Positions 62,725-64,000 of a DNA stretch of 64,000 bases are shown here, in pieces. The stretch is taken from assembly GCA_965198115.1 (NCBI GenBank), contig OZ240241.1, positions 5,472,001-5,536,000 on the forward strand, written 5' to 3'. How positions within the stretch are numbered: position 1 is the first letter of the stretch; each line of letters opens with the position of its first letter. The DNA is from Candidatus Latescibacterota bacterium (GTDB lineage Bacteria; Latescibacterota; UBA2968). The notes below the pieces were generated by a model. It was not told where the DNA came from and searched no databases. It worked only from the letters and a program-made list of their open reading frames with translations. A program made the translations under genes and the position numbers.

Positions 62725-63501
62725 ATGCCTCCCGACATCACCGACTACGGCAACTCCTACGTCCGTTGGACCGGCAGGCGCTCCGCCGACGACAAGCGCA
62801 AACCCGGACATATGCCTGGGGACAACACCGTGCGCATCCTTCTCGACTCGCGTTGCTGGATCACGGATGCATCCGGAGAGACGCGTGAGTACAACATGAT
62901 TTCTCCATGCCGCACGGAGTGGATGTACCGCACAGACGTTCTGTGGCAGCAGCCCAATTACGAATTCGCCGGCATATACTCCGCCACCGAGTGGATGGCC
63001 GGACACATCAGGGCCGGCGACGTGCAGGAATTCGGCGGCGACTGGCGGGTGGCTCGCAAGATCGACGATCTTTTCCGCGAGCTCCGAACCGATGTCAAAC
63101 ACCATCAAGAAGTCGAGGAACTGGAAAACGACGAGCAGGTTGTCAAGGCAACGCTGACTTCCGACCCGGTCGTTGCCCGCACGGAAGTGTGGAGTTCAGA
63201 CGAGAGCACGCGAGCCGTCATCGAGTACCCGATCAAGACCATGAACGTACAACTCGACCGGCGTCGCTTCCAGGTCGACACCGGTCCCCTCATCTACCCG
63301 GATCTCGATGCCGACGAAGAGAGCGAGATCAAGAAGCTCCACTTCGCGTTCGTCTGCTTCAATGTCAACGACGTCGCCGAGTTCATCCTTCGCGGCCCGA
63401 CACCGGTGATGCGCGACGACGAGCAGGTCGGAACTTACATCGACTATTCGAACGTCCGCCGGGTACCGATCAAGAACACCTTCTACGCAGCACGGCGGTA
63501 G
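62725..63501 (+). CDS. Hypothetical protein
   Basis: AAGGA RBS, coding-like codon usage, co-oriented in the cluster. Confidence 0.75.
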   Translation: MPPDITDYGNSYVRWTGRRSADDKRKPGHMPGDNTVRILLDSRCWITDASGETREYNMISPCRTEWMYRTDVLWQQPNYEFAGIYSATEWMAGHIRAGDVQEFGGDWRVARKIDDLFRELRTDVKHHQEVEELENDEQVVKATLTSDPVVARTEVWSSDESTRAVIEYPIKTMNVQLDRRRFQVDTGPLIYPDLDADEESEIKKLHFAFVCFNVNDVAEFILRGPTPVMRDDEQVGTYIDYSNVRRVPIKNTFYAARR

Positions 63502-63658
63502 CGATCAGCCTCCTGTCTACGACAGCCGCGAAGCAGAAGGTGCTGGCAGCGGATATCTACGAGTGGACATTTCGACGTGAACCTTGGAACAAAAGAAGAG
63601 AAAACCAAAGTGGAGCGTCGGGCCCGTTTGCTCGCATAAGTGCCACTAGGGGAAAAGG

Positions 63659-64000
63659 ATGCGATCTATTGAGCTGGCCGTCCGCTACGGCCGGGAGATT
63701 GCAGATCCAGGGGTAGAATCGCACGAGGCGAATCTGCGCTACGGCGAACTCAGCTGGCGCCTGCCAGTGGCGGAAACCGCGCTGGTGCTCGTCGATTGCT
63801 GGGAATATTTCCCTCTGGAGAGTTTTGTCGCGCGCGCCGCAGAGATCTGCGAGATGAAGATCCGGCCCGTGCTCGCAGCGTGCCGCGGGTTGGGGGTTAC
63901 CGTCGTCCACGCGCCGAGCCCGAATTGGGCAGCTAACTATCCCGAGTTTTTCATTATCGGCTCGAGCCCCAGAGCGCGCCCCACACAGCGGCCACCAACG
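63659..64000 (+). CDS. Isochorismatase-like protein, N-terminal part (runs off window end)
   Basis: Manual translation MRSIELAV...ETALVLVDCWE...ACRGLGVTVVHAPS. Confidence 0.65.
   Translation, partial: MRSIELAVRYGREIADPGVESHEANLRYGELSWRLPVAETALVLVDCWEYFPLESFVARAAEICEMKIRPVLAACRGLGVTVVHAPSPNWAANYPEFFIIGSSPRARPTQRPPT

Overview
GC-rich bacterial chromosomal window; dockerin/EF-hand-like C-terminal repeats and Planctomycete-style hypothetical genes suggest a Latescibacterota-like lineage (inference). It holds about 55 CDS: catabolic and redox enzymes, a split FeoB operon with a membrane-anchored DtxR-FeoA regulator, typA, a putative selenate ABC transporter, nrdAB, a COG0523 GTPase, yidD, cysS, a MazF/PemK toxin-antitoxin pair, hemB, sufE, folE2, lgt and rpmG. 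Six IS elements are present: 2 IS630, 2 IS256 and 2 near-identical inverted ISAzo13. Highlights: (1) an IS-split, secreted thioredoxin-fold selenoprotein with a U-H-L-C motif, a correctly spaced SECIS and a dockerin-like tail, invisible in the ORF track; (2) a Chlamydia-type class Ic (Mn/Fe, no tyrosyl radical) ribonucleotide reductase behind NrdR boxes; (3) a SECIS-like hairpin in the leader of the putative selenate transporter; (4) a four-helix-bundle gene bracketed by inverted short-period repeats, with many 7-9 bp tandem micro-repeats at gene junctions; (5) a cluster of zinc-independent enzyme forms. About ten frameshifts or in-frame stops suggest unpolished long-read errors or gene decay. 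No rRNA, tRNA or CRISPR array was seen. All calls are motif recognition by eye, not database searches.
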